From the NCBI GenBank assembly GCA_963750165.1, contig CAVVPN010000011.1, forward strand, positions 2,016,001 through 2,080,000: DNA of 64,000 bases, read 5' to 3'. The DNA comes from an uncultured Gemmataceae bacterium. GTDB taxonomy: Bacteria > Planctomycetota > Planctomycetia > Gemmatales > Gemmataceae. Positions 12,005 through 21,769 of the stretch are shown here, in pieces (positions within the stretch are counted from its first letter, which is position 1; every line of letters starts with the position of its first letter). The translations under genes and the position numbers were made by a program. Below the pieces are notes generated by a model. That model did no database searches. It worked only from the letters and a program-made list of their open reading frames with translations, and had not been told where the DNA came from.

Positions 12005-12450
12005 GTCGCCTCCGCCACCAGCAGTTTGCCGTCCGCCGCGTGAAAGCCGCTGATGTCCGCCTGGTAAATGCCGTCCGTCTGCCGCGCCAGCCAGCGGCAC
12101 AGGTCCAGACAGACGCCGGCCAGCGTCAGCGCCGGCGGCGCGTGCAGGCAGAACAGCTGCGCACTCTGAATCACGCGCTGCATCAGCGCGGCGCTGTGCG
12201 GGTTGGTGTCCTGCACTTCCAGCCACGCCGCCCAGGTGTTCAGCTGCGCCCGGATGCCGGTTTCCGTCGCCCAGTACTGGTCCAGCTCCGCGGGCTGCTC
12301 GGCGCCGGGCGCGAACAATTCGACGCGGAACCAGCCCTGCTCGTCGCCGTGGAAGGCGCAGCGCAACTGCGGAGCGAGGTGCTGCACCTGCTCCTGCAGT
12401 GCCGCCGCAGCCAGCGGCTCGGGGCTCAGACTGAAGACGCGACACCACAT
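12001..12450 (-). CDS. Hypothetical protein in the moxR operon
   Basis: Stop overlaps the DUF58 start (ATGA); ends LARQTDGIYQADISGF. Confidence 0.7.
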   Translation of the reverse strand: MWCRVFSLSPEPLAAAALQEQVQHLAPQLRCAFHGDEQGWFRVELFAPGAEQPAELDQYWATETGIRAQLNTWAAWLEVQDTNPHSAALMQRVIQSAQLFCLHAPPALTLAGVCLDLCRWLARQTDGIYQADISGFHAADGKLLVAEAT

Positions 12451-12456
12451 TCGATT

Positions 12457-12968
12457 CACCACAAAGACACAAAGAGCACAAAGGAAAAGGCAGAGGAAGA
12501 GAAAGAAGTTAGCCGTGGACGAGCCGCCGGATACCGTTCCGCAACACTGGGACGTTGAAATTTAATAACAACCCCAACCAGTGGCCCGAGAGCCGCAGAT
12601 AGGTGAGCAACTGGGCATCGTGGATGCGCTCCAACTTGTCCACCGACTTCAATTCAAGCACCACGAGTTCGCCCACCACAATGTCCATGCGGTAGGCACA
12701 ATCGAGATCCAACCCTTTGTAGAACACCGGCAGACGCACCTCCGGTTCAAAGGCAATCCCGCGCAATTTCAATTCGTGTTCCAGACATTTCTGGTAAGCC
12801 GACTCAAACAACCCCGGCCCCAGGTGCCGATGAACTTCGATGGCCGCGCCGATCACCAGTTCAGACAGTTCATCCGCTCTGGCTTTATCCTCGGGGCGAT
12901 GACTCATTGCTATCTCCCTCCTTTCTTCCTCTGCCTTTTCCTTTGTGCATCTTTGTGTCTTTGTGGTG
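12457..12968. mobile_element. Inverted-repeat-flanked GxxExxY cassette
   Basis: Arms 12457-12500 (caccacaaagacacaaagagcacaaaggaaaaggcagaggaaga) and 12924-12968 enclose exactly one gene. Confidence 0.75.
12509..12907 (-). CDS. GxxExxY protein (PD-(D/E)XK-like)
   Basis: IGAAIEVHRHLGPGLFESAY, RMDIVV, ELKSV, AQLLTYL, GLLLNF. Confidence 0.96.
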   Translation of the reverse strand: MSHRPEDKARADELSELVIGAAIEVHRHLGPGLFESAYQKCLEHELKLRGIAFEPEVRLPVFYKGLDLDCAYRMDIVVGELVVLELKSVDKLERIHDAQLLTYLRLSGHWLGLLLNFNVPVLRNGIRRLVHG

Positions 12969-13988
<1,020 letters not shown>

Positions 13989-14157
13989 CGTGGCAATTCC
14001 TTGTAAGGAGAGGGCGACCTGTCCTCGGCTCATTGTAGCAGGCCACGCGGCTTTCTCCCTCCCTCTGAAACTGAACAGGCGGGTTGCGTTTCCGCGCGGT
14101 GGCTCCTATAGTGGCTGGCGTGTTGACCAGCAAGCTGCGCTAATGACAGGCGAACGT

Positions 14158-14469
14158 ATGAAAAGCCGCAAACAACGCTTTGAAGAAATGCTGACCGATG
14201 CCCCCGACGACGCCGAGCTGCGCTACGGCCTGGCGATGGAGTACGTCGGCGAGGGCGACGACGCCGGAGCGGTGCGCTGCTTCGAGGAGATCATGCGCCG
14301 CAACCCAAACTATCCGCCGGCGTATCACATGGCCGGCCGGGCGCTGCTGCGCCTGAGCCGCCTCGAGGACGCGCGCCGGGTGCTGGAGCGCGGCATTCAG
14401 GTGGCACAGCAGCAGCGCGACTCGCACGCCGCGGGCGAGATGCAGGAACTACTGGACAATCTGGAGTAA
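14158..14469 (+). CDS. Small TPR protein
   Basis: PDDAELRYGLAMEY, NPNYPPAY, DSHAAGEMQ. Confidence 0.88.
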   Translation: MKSRKQRFEEMLTDAPDDAELRYGLAMEYVGEGDDAGAVRCFEEIMRRNPNYPPAYHMAGRALLRLSRLEDARRVLERGIQVAQQQRDSHAAGEMQELLDNLE

Positions 14470-14473
14470 CGCC

Positions 14474-16813
14474 GTGCGCCAAGCGCTCCCCTGGTTCGCC
14501 GCCGTCCTGACGCTGGCCGCGCTGTGCGCGGCAGACGACGCCAGCGCCGCCGAGAAACCGCTGCCGGCCGCCGCGCCGGAGACGTTCGGCATCGCGCGCG
14601 AGCAGCTGGCGAAGATCGACGCCGTGGTCAACGCCACCATCGCGCGCGGCGCGTTGCCCGGGGCGGTGGTTGTCGTCGTCCACCGCGGCCGGGTCATCTT
14701 CCGCAAGGCGTACGGCGCGCGCAGCCTACAACCGCAGAAGACGGCCATGACCCCGGAGATCGTCTTCGACCTGGCCTCGCTGACGAAGCCAATCGCGACG
14801 GCCACGTCAATTCTGTTGCTGGTGGAGCAGGGCAAACTCAAGCTGACCTATCCGGTCAGCCGATATGTGCCGGCGTTCAAGCGCAAGGAGACGGAAGGCA
14901 TCACCGTCGCGCACCTGCTGCTGCACACCAGCGGCCTGATCGCCGACAACGCCCTGGCGGACTACCGCGCTGGCCGCGACCAGGCATGGGAGCGTATCGG
15001 TCAGCTGCAGCCAACCGCGGCGCCCGGCACGCGCTTCACCTACAGCGACATGGGCTACATCCTGCTGGGCAAAATCGTCGAGCAGGTGAGCGGCCTGTCA
15101 CTGGACGAGTTCGCCCGCAAGCATGTGTTCGCGCCGCTGGGCATGAACGAGACAACGTTCCGGCCGCAGGGCGAACTGAAGCGCCGGGCGGCGCCGACGG
15201 AGCAGCGCGAAGGCCGCTGGATGCAGGGCGAGGTCCACGACCCGCGCAGTTACCTCCTCGGCGGCGTCACCGGCCACGCGGGCCTGTTCTCGACGGCGGA
15301 CGACCTGGCGGTGTATGCGCAGATGCTGCTGAACAGCGGCGCGTACGCCGGCAAGCGCGTGCTGAAGGCCGAGACGATCCGGTTAATGACTGCGCCGCAG
15401 AAGGTGCCGCAGGCGAAGAAAGGGAGCGGCCTGCGCACCTACGGCTGGGACATGGTGACGGCTTATTCGAGCAACCGCGGCGAGTTGTTCCCGAAGGGCG
15501 AGAGCTTCGGCCACACCGGCTTCACCGGCACCTCGATCTGGATCGACCCGCGCAGCCAGAGTGCGGTGATTTTCCTGAGCAACCGCGTCCACCCGGCCGG
15601 CAAGGGCAATGTGACGAAGCTGCGCAGCCAGGTGGCGACGCTGGCGGCGCGGGCGATTTTGCAGGTGAATGCTGACGAACCAGCGCCGGTGCTGACCGGC
15701 CTGGACGTGCTGGTACGCGACCAGTTCGCGGCGCTGAAGGGCCGCAAGGTCGGGCTGGTGACGAACCACACCGGCATCGACCGCCAGGGCCGGGCCGCCA
15801 TCGACCTGCTGCACCAGGCGCCGGGCGTGCAACTGCTGACGCTGTTCAGTCCGGAGCACGGCATCCGCGGCGCCCTCGACGCCCAGGTGCCCGACGGCAA
15901 GGACGACAAAACCGGCCTGCCGATCTACAGCCTCTACGGCAAGCGCCGGAAGCCGGACGCCGCGTCGCTGAAGGGCCTGGACACGCTGGTCTTTGACATT
16001 CAGGACGCCGGTTGTCGCTTTTACACGTACATCAGCACGCTGGGCCTGGTGCTGGAGGCGTCGGCAGAGCACAAGCTCAAGGTGGTGGTGCTGGACCGGC
16101 CGAACCCGCTGGGCGGCGTCGCGGTCGAGGGGCCGGTGCTCGACGCCGGCCGCGAGTCGTTCGTGGCCCACCATCGGTTGCCGATCCGTCACGGCATGAC
16201 CGTCGGCGAGCTGGCGCTGCTGTTCAACAAGGAACGCAAGCTGAACGCAGACGTGCAGGTCATCAAGATGGAAGGCTGGCGGCGCAGCGACTTCTACGAC
16301 CGCACGAACCTGACGTGGGTGAATCCGTCGCCGAACCTGCGCGGGCTGAGCGCGGCACTGCTATACCCGGGCGTCGGCATCCTGGAGACGACGAACGTGA
16401 GCGTCGGCCGCGGCACGGAGAAGCCGTTCGAGTGGTTCGGGGCGCCATGGCTGGACGGCCCGCGCGTCACCGCGGCGCTGCAGCGCGAGCAGCTGCTGGG
16501 CATCCGTTTCGTGCCGATGCAGCTGACGCCGAAGTCGAGCGTCCACGCGGGTAAACTGTGCGGCGGCGTCAATCTGATCGTCGATGATTGGAGGGCGTTC
16601 CAACCAGTGCGGACGGGTCTGGCGCTGGCGGCGACGCTGCGGAAGCTGTACCCGCAGGCGTGGAAGGCGGAGCGCTACGACGTGCTGCTGGGCCACAAGG
16701 CGACGTTTTTGGGCTTGCTGCGCGGCGACGACTGGCGTGCGCTGGAACAGGCGTGGCAGCCGGGGCTGGAGGCGTTTCTGCAGGTGCGGCGGGGGTATTT
16801 GCTGTACGAGTGA
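14474..16813 (+). CDS. Serine hydrolase (class C beta-lactamase fold) fused to DUF1343/NamZ exo-beta-N-acetylmuramidase
   Basis: FDLASLTK (SxxK), LLLHTSG, YSD, GHTGFTG; then GLVTNHTG, FSPEHG, FDIQDAGCRFYTY, LDRPNP, PSPNL. Confidence 0.93.
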   Translation: MRQALPWFAAVLTLAALCAADDASAAEKPLPAAAPETFGIAREQLAKIDAVVNATIARGALPGAVVVVVHRGRVIFRKAYGARSLQPQKTAMTPEIVFDLASLTKPIATATSILLLVEQGKLKLTYPVSRYVPAFKRKETEGITVAHLLLHTSGLIADNALADYRAGRDQAWERIGQLQPTAAPGTRFTYSDMGYILLGKIVEQVSGLSLDEFARKHVFAPLGMNETTFRPQGELKRRAAPTEQREGRWMQGEVHDPRSYLLGGVTGHAGLFSTADDLAVYAQMLLNSGAYAGKRVLKAETIRLMTAPQKVPQAKKGSGLRTYGWDMVTAYSSNRGELFPKGESFGHTGFTGTSIWIDPRSQSAVIFLSNRVHPAGKGNVTKLRSQVATLAARAILQVNADEPAPVLTGLDVLVRDQFAALKGRKVGLVTNHTGIDRQGRAAIDLLHQAPGVQLLTLFSPEHGIRGALDAQVPDGKDDKTGLPIYSLYGKRRKPDAASLKGLDTLVFDIQDAGCRFYTYISTLGLVLEASAEHKLKVVVLDRPNPLGGVAVEGPVLDAGRESFVAHHRLPIRHGMTVGELALLFNKERKLNADVQVIKMEGWRRSDFYDRTNLTWVNPSPNLRGLSAALLYPGVGILETTNVSVGRGTEKPFEWFGAPWLDGPRVTAALQREQLLGIRFVPMQLTPKSSVHAGKLCGGVNLIVDDWRAFQPVRTGLALAATLRKLYPQAWKAERYDVLLGHKATFLGLLRGDDWRALEQAWQPGLEAFLQVRRGYLLYE

Positions 16814-16822
16814 CGCCTCATG

Positions 16823-17156
16823 TCAGGAGGGCTGCTGGTCTCCATTTTGAGGCTCCTCGGTTTCTGGCCTCTGATTGCCAACATTCCCTGGGAGGCCAGA
16901 GCTGGCTTCATCTGGGCCAGCCGAGGTTGTCTGGTTCGCCAGAGCGATAAGCGATACCAGAAGGGATTTCACTTGATCTGAGCGAAGCGCTTCTCTCAGA
17001 ATCTTAATTAACTCATCGTCAGAGGCGGCTTCGTTTTTCGGTTTTTTGGGAGAATCAAGCACGATCGTGTATTGTTCGATGTACTTCTCCCCAGCCGACT
17101 TTTCAAACACTTTGGCATCAACAATCGCAGGGTAAACAAGATCACTGCGATGCCTG
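16823..17156 (-). pseudogene. 3' remnant of an AT-richer hypothetical gene, cut by the repeat at 17157
   Basis: Protein-like reading LVYPAIV...DDELIKILREALRSDQVKSLLVSLIA with no start of its own. Confidence 0.55.
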
Positions 17157-17405
17157 GCGCGGTTCGCAGTTGCGTGGACCACGAACGGCAGGCCGGCGCT
17201 GCCAGGCGCCGATTCTCGACGTGTGAAAAAGTTGGCGTTCTTGGCGTCCTTGCTGTGGCAACCGCCGCCGTTGGTTGTTGAGTCGTGCCACCTGCACGGG
17301 GCCAGGGCGCCAAATCTCGACGTATGAAAAAGTTGGCCCCCTTGGCCTCCTTGGCCCCCTTGCTGTGGCAGAGCAGGCCGCTGGTGGTCAGCCCGTGCCC
17401 GCCCA
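17157..17405 (-). repeat. Dispersed ~250-bp repeat, copy A
   Basis: Reverse complement aligns by eye with 46073-46351; two units ending TTTTCA(C/T)ACGTCGAGA. Confidence 0.9.
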
Positions 17406-17494
17406 CTCGTGTGCAAACCGTGCGTGAACCGCTCCAGGCAACGTTCCAAAAAAGAAACGAGATCATCCTTCCTCTTTCGATCGGCCATTCTACC

Positions 17495-18610
17495 TCACCC
17501 CAGCACGCTCTGCGCGAACACCTGCGCCACGGCCATGCTCTCGCGGAACACCGGGTCGCGTTCACGATCGGACAGCTGGCGTCCAACCAACTCCGCCAAA
17601 TGCTGCGGCGGTGCCGTCACCGTCCGCGGCGCCCCGGCCACGCCCTCCAGGTGCGCCGATAGCCGTTTCTCATCCTCGACGACGACGTTGACTGCCGCCG
17701 GCTTGCCGTCCAGCGTACACGCCACGCGCACGTGCCGCACGTCGGACGGGCCCTCCGGCAGCCGGTGGATGCGCACCCGCAACGGCCCGTGCGGCGCCGT
17801 CACCTGCCAGAAGAATTCCACGCCCGGCTGCGTGTGGCCGCGCTGCACGTGCCAGTCCAGCCGCGACGCCAGCCAGCTCACCAGCTCCCACGCTTGCACC
17901 ACCGCGTGCGGCCCGTGCTCGACCAGTACCTCGGTGATCGATTGCAGCGCTCCCGGGGCGGTGTTCGGGTCCAGGGCCTGACCCAGCAACCGCCGCCAGT
18001 ATTTCAGCCGTCGCCAGTTCAAATCCGACACCACGCGCCAACCGTGGCCGGCGCCGCGCTCGAACCTGTCCAACCACGCCGCCGTCGCCGCCACGCCGCG
18101 CGCCGGCTCGCGCCAGCCGTTGCTGTCGAAGATCACCTGCTGCGCCGGCTGGGCCAGGTCGTAGGCCAGCTGCCCGGCCAGCGGCGGCGGCAGCGGCGCC
18201 AGCCACCACAGGTTCGTCGGCAGGTCGCCGATCAACAGTTCGCGCACCGCGAACGCCAATCGGCCGCCCAGGTAGCCGCGCGAGCGCAGCGTCACCAGTT
18301 CCGAACCAACGCCGCGGCCCCCGAGCTGCTGGCACAGCACCTTCGCCGTGGCCGACACCGGCTCCAGCTCGCCGCGCTCCGCCAGCAACAGCAGCACCCG
18401 CGCCGGGTGAGCGGCGATGACCTCGGGCAGCGCCGCCTCCAACTGCGTCACCTGCGCAGCGTCGTTGCAGTAGACGATCAGGTTCGCCATGTGCGCCTTG
18501 ATCAGCGGCGCCGCGCCGGCGGCGCGGCCGGCGTTCATCTGCCGATTCAGCTCGGCCTCGACGCGGTTCAGCGGGATACTGTCCGGCGGTGGCACATATT
18601 CCTCGTCCAT
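17495..18610 (-). CDS. opcA: Glucose-6-phosphate dehydrogenase assembly protein OpcA
   Basis: Coupled to zwf (TGATG); HPARVL, LLIGDLPTNLWW, DLNWRRL. Confidence 0.93.
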   Translation of the reverse strand: MDEEYVPPPDSIPLNRVEAELNRQMNAGRAAGAAPLIKAHMANLIVYCNDAAQVTQLEAALPEVIAAHPARVLLLLAERGELEPVSATAKVLCQQLGGRGVGSELVTLRSRGYLGGRLAFAVRELLIGDLPTNLWWLAPLPPPLAGQLAYDLAQPAQQVIFDSNGWREPARGVAATAAWLDRFERGAGHGWRVVSDLNWRRLKYWRRLLGQALDPNTAPGALQSITEVLVEHGPHAVVQAWELVSWLASRLDWHVQRGHTQPGVEFFWQVTAPHGPLRVRIHRLPEGPSDVRHVRVACTLDGKPAAVNVVVEDEKRLSAHLEGVAGAPRTVTAPPQHLAELVGRQLSDRERDPVFRESMAVAQVFAQSVLG

Positions 18611-20188
18611 CACAGCGTCCTCCACGCCCGGCCGTCCGTTTCGATGAGGCGGTCGGCTTCCAGCGGCCCCCAGGTGCCGGCCCGGTACTCCGGCAGAAAG
18701 CGCACGTGCGACCGTTCCCACTCTTGTAGAATCGGCGTCACCCACTGCCAGGCCACCTCCACGGCGTCGCGGCGCATGAACAGCGTGGCATCGCCGGCCA
18801 TCACGTCCAGCAGCAGCCGCTCGTACGCCTCCGGCGAACTGCCGCCGAAGCTGGAGCTATAATTGAACTCCATTTTCACCGGATAAATGCGCACCTTCGG
18901 CCCCGGCAGCTTGGAAGCGATGCGCAGCGACAGGCCCTCCTCCGGCTGCACGCGCAGCGACAGCACGGTCGGCTCCAGCGGCACATCGGGGTGGTCGTTG
19001 AACAAAATCTGCGGCACCTCCTTGAACTGGATGGCGACCTCGCTGGCGCACCTGGGCAGGCGCTTGCCGGTGCGCAGGTAGAACGGCACGCCCGCCCAGC
19101 GCCAGTTGTCCACGAACAGCCGCAGGGCGATGAACGTTTCGGTGGTGGAGTCGGGCGGGATCGGCTTGTTGCGGGCGGCGAAGAAGTCGCTGACCTCGCG
19201 GCGGTAGCCGGGCACCTCCTTGCCGTTGATCTCGCCGGCGATGTACTGGGCGCGCACCACGAACCTGTCCACGTCCGCCGGCGTCATGGGCCGCAGGCAG
19301 TTGAGCACGCCGATTTTGCCGTCGCGCACCACGTCGGCGTTGAGCGACCACGGCGGCTCCATCGCCACCAGGCACAGCACCTGCAGCAAATGGTTCTGCA
19401 CCATGTCGCGCAAGACGCCAATGCCCTCGAAGTAGCCGATGCGGTTGCCGACGCCCTCCTCCTCCGCGACGGTGATCTGTACATGGTCGATATACTTGGC
19501 GTTCCACAGTGGCTCGAAAATGCTGTTGGCGAAGCGGACCACCATCAGGTTTTGCACCGTCTCCTTGCCAAGGTAGTGGTCGATGCGGTAAATCTGCTGC
19601 TCGGCGAACGCCTGGGACAGCGAGGCGTTCACCTGTTTGGCGCTCTCCAGGTCGCGGCCGATGGGCTTTTCGACGATGACACGCGTGAAGGCGGGGTCGT
19701 CGGGCGACCGCACCAGACCGTTCCGTTTCAGGTGCAGCACCGACACGTCCACCAGGCTCGGCGGGATCGACAGGTAAAAGACACGGTTGCCGGGGATGCC
19801 GAACTGGTGATCGACCATCTCGAGCTTGGTTTGCAGTTCGGCGTAAGCGCGGGACTCGTTGAAGCTGCCCTCGACGTAGAACAGGGCGCGGGCGAAGTCG
19901 GCCCAGTGGCTCTCGTTGAGCGGTTGCCGTGAGAAGTGCTCGATGCCGTCTTTGGCCCGCGCGGATCCACTCATCGGGCTCGCCCTGCGAGCCGATACCG
20001 AAGCCGACGACCGCGAAGTTGGCGGGCAGCACGCCATCGAGGTTGAGGTTGTACAGCGCCGGCAGCAGCTTGCGCCAGGACAGGTCGCCGGCGGCGCCAA
20101 AGATGACAAGCACGCACGGCTGCGGCAGCAGCGCCTGGGCGGTGCCGGCGGTTAACGGATTCTCGTGTTGCAGGGTGGCCGTCGCCAT
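18610..20188 (-). CDS. zwf: Glucose-6-phosphate dehydrogenase; frameshift near 19958
   Basis: [50 protein letters not shown]. Confidence 0.97.
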
Positions 20189-20213
20189 CAAATGATCTCC
20201 AGGTGTTCTATTT

Positions 20214-20342
20214 TTAGCCACAGAGGACACAGAGGACACAGAGAGAAAAACAGAGGAAAAACTAATTGAATCAACCGTCTTGCTGACTTTTTCAATTCCT
20301 TCTCTTTTTTCTCTCTGTGTCCTCTGTGTCCTCTGTGGCTAA
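20214..20342. repeat. Long inverted-repeat element with no cargo
   Basis: ttagccacagaggacacagaggacacagagagaaaaa ... tttttctctctgtgtcctctgtgtcctctgtggctaa. Confidence 0.9.
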
Positions 20343-20351
20343 TTCTTGTTA

Positions 20352-21335
20352 TTAACCGCCCGTGGCTTTCTCGACGTGGCCGCCGAACTTGTAACGCATC
20401 GCCGACAGCACCTTCTCCGCGAAGGTGTGCTCCTGCCGCGACCGGAAGCGCGTGAACAGCGCCGTCGTCAGCACCTCCGCCGGCACCGCCTGCTCAACAG
20501 CCGCCTGCACCGTCCAGCGGCCTTCGCCGGAGTCCTGCACGAAGCCGGAGAAGTTTGACAGCGACGCATTTTCCGCCAGGGCCATCGCCGTCAGGTCCAG
20601 CAGCCACGACCCCACCACGCTACCGCGCCGCCACAGTTCCGCGATGTCCGCCAGGTTCAGGTCGTAGCGGTGCTCCTCCGGCAGTTCCTTCGACTTCGCC
20701 CCGTGGAACAGGTCGAAACCCTCCGCGTACGCCTGCATCAACCCGTATTCGATGCCGTTGTGGATCATCTTGACGAAATGGCCCGCGCCGGAGGGGCCGC
20801 AATACAGGTAGCCCTGTTCGGCGGTGCTGGTCAATTGCTCGCGGCCGGGCGTCTTCGGGATGTCGCCGGGGCCGGGGGCCAGGTCCTTGAAGATGGGGTC
20901 GAGGTGCGTCACCGCGTCTCTGTCGCCCCCGATCATCATGCAGTAGCCGCGCTCCAGGCCCCAGACGCCGCCGCTGGTGCCCACGTCCAGGTAACGAATG
21001 CCCTTCGACTTCAGCAGCGCCGCCCGCCGCACGTCGTCCTTGAAATAGGAGTTGCCGCCGTCGATAAGGATGTCGCCGGACTCCATCAGGGCCGCCAACT
21101 CGTGGACGGTCGCCTCGGTCGGGGCGCCGGCCGGCACCATCAGCCAGGCGGCGCGCGGCTTCGTCAACTGCCGGACGAACTCCGCCAGGTTGGCGGCGCC
21201 GGTGGCGCCCTTGGCGGCGTAGTTCTTGACGGCGTCGGTGCTGCGGTCGTAGACCACGCAGCGATGGCCGCGACGCATCAGCCGCTCGACCATGTTGCCG
21301 CCCATCCGGCCCAGCCCCACCATGCCCAGTTGCAT
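20352..21335 (-). CDS. gnd: 6-phosphogluconate dehydrogenase, short (YqeC-type) form
   Basis: [48 protein letters not shown]. Confidence 0.96.
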   Translation of the reverse strand: MQLGMVGLGRMGGNMVERLMRRGHRCVVYDRSTDAVKNYAAKGATGAANLAEFVRQLTKPRAAWLMVPAGAPTEATVHELAALMESGDILIDGGNSYFKDDVRRAALLKSKGIRYLDVGTSGGVWGLERGYCMMIGGDRDAVTHLDPIFKDLAPGPGDIPKTPGREQLTSTAEQGYLYCGPSGAGHFVKMIHNGIEYGLMQAYAEGFDLFHGAKSKELPEEHRYDLNLADIAELWRRGSVVGSWLLDLTAMALAENASLSNFSGFVQDSGEGRWTVQAAVEQAVPAEVLTTALFTRFRSRQEHTFAEKVLSAMRYKFGGHVEKATGG

Positions 21336-21417
21336 ATCGCTGCTCCTTGAGAATCCGTGGACGGGTTCGCCGCGCGGGGGCGACCTCGTTTTTTTAGGGA
21401 GCCGCGCCGGGACCACC

Positions 21418-21702
21418 AAGACGAATCACGAAAACACGACAGGACGAAAACACGAAAAAGAGAAGACGGAAACAGGAGTGCCAAGGGTAGCAGTCCAGGA
21501 CTCCCACCCAGATCACTCCTTTGGCTCTTCCGTTTTTAGGTGCGAAACACTGGATTTTCGGTGAACGGACGATCACGTGCCCCACGATTTTTCCAGGGAA
21601 AATTGAGAATCGGGCCGATAACCCGCACCTAAAAACGGAAGAGCCACTCCTTTTTCTGTCTTTTTCGTGTTTTCGTCCTGTCGCGTTTTCGTGATTCGTC
21701 TT
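21418..21702. repeat. Long inverted-repeat element containing a MITE
   Basis: aagacgaatcacgaaaacacgacaggacgaaaacacgaaaaaga and its near reverse complement at 21659-21702. Confidence 0.88.
21523..21645. mobile_element. 123-bp MITE with ISL3-like ends
   Basis: Perfect 22-bp TIR GGCTCTTCCGTTTTTAGGTGCG; 8-bp duplication ACTCCTTT at 21515-21522 and 21646-21653. Confidence 0.88.
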
Positions 21703-21769
21703 TGGCTCGGCTGACCAGGCGGCGGCGGCTTTCTACAATACCGGCACCTTTACACCAGGAGACGCTTGC

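Noticed and set aside
17157..17405. Possible mini-CRISPR array
   Set aside because: Only two units, the inter-unit sequence is shared with copy B, unit length varies by 9-mers, and no cas genes are present.
16823..17488. 221-aa ORF as a real gene
   Set aside because: It reads through the dispersed repeat into a gene remnant.
18610..20188. zwf, DUF58, DUF1501 and GH2-like genes as true pseudogenes
   Set aside because: Isolated single-base shifts with intact motifs and no in-frame stops; more likely sequence errors, though unproven without reads.
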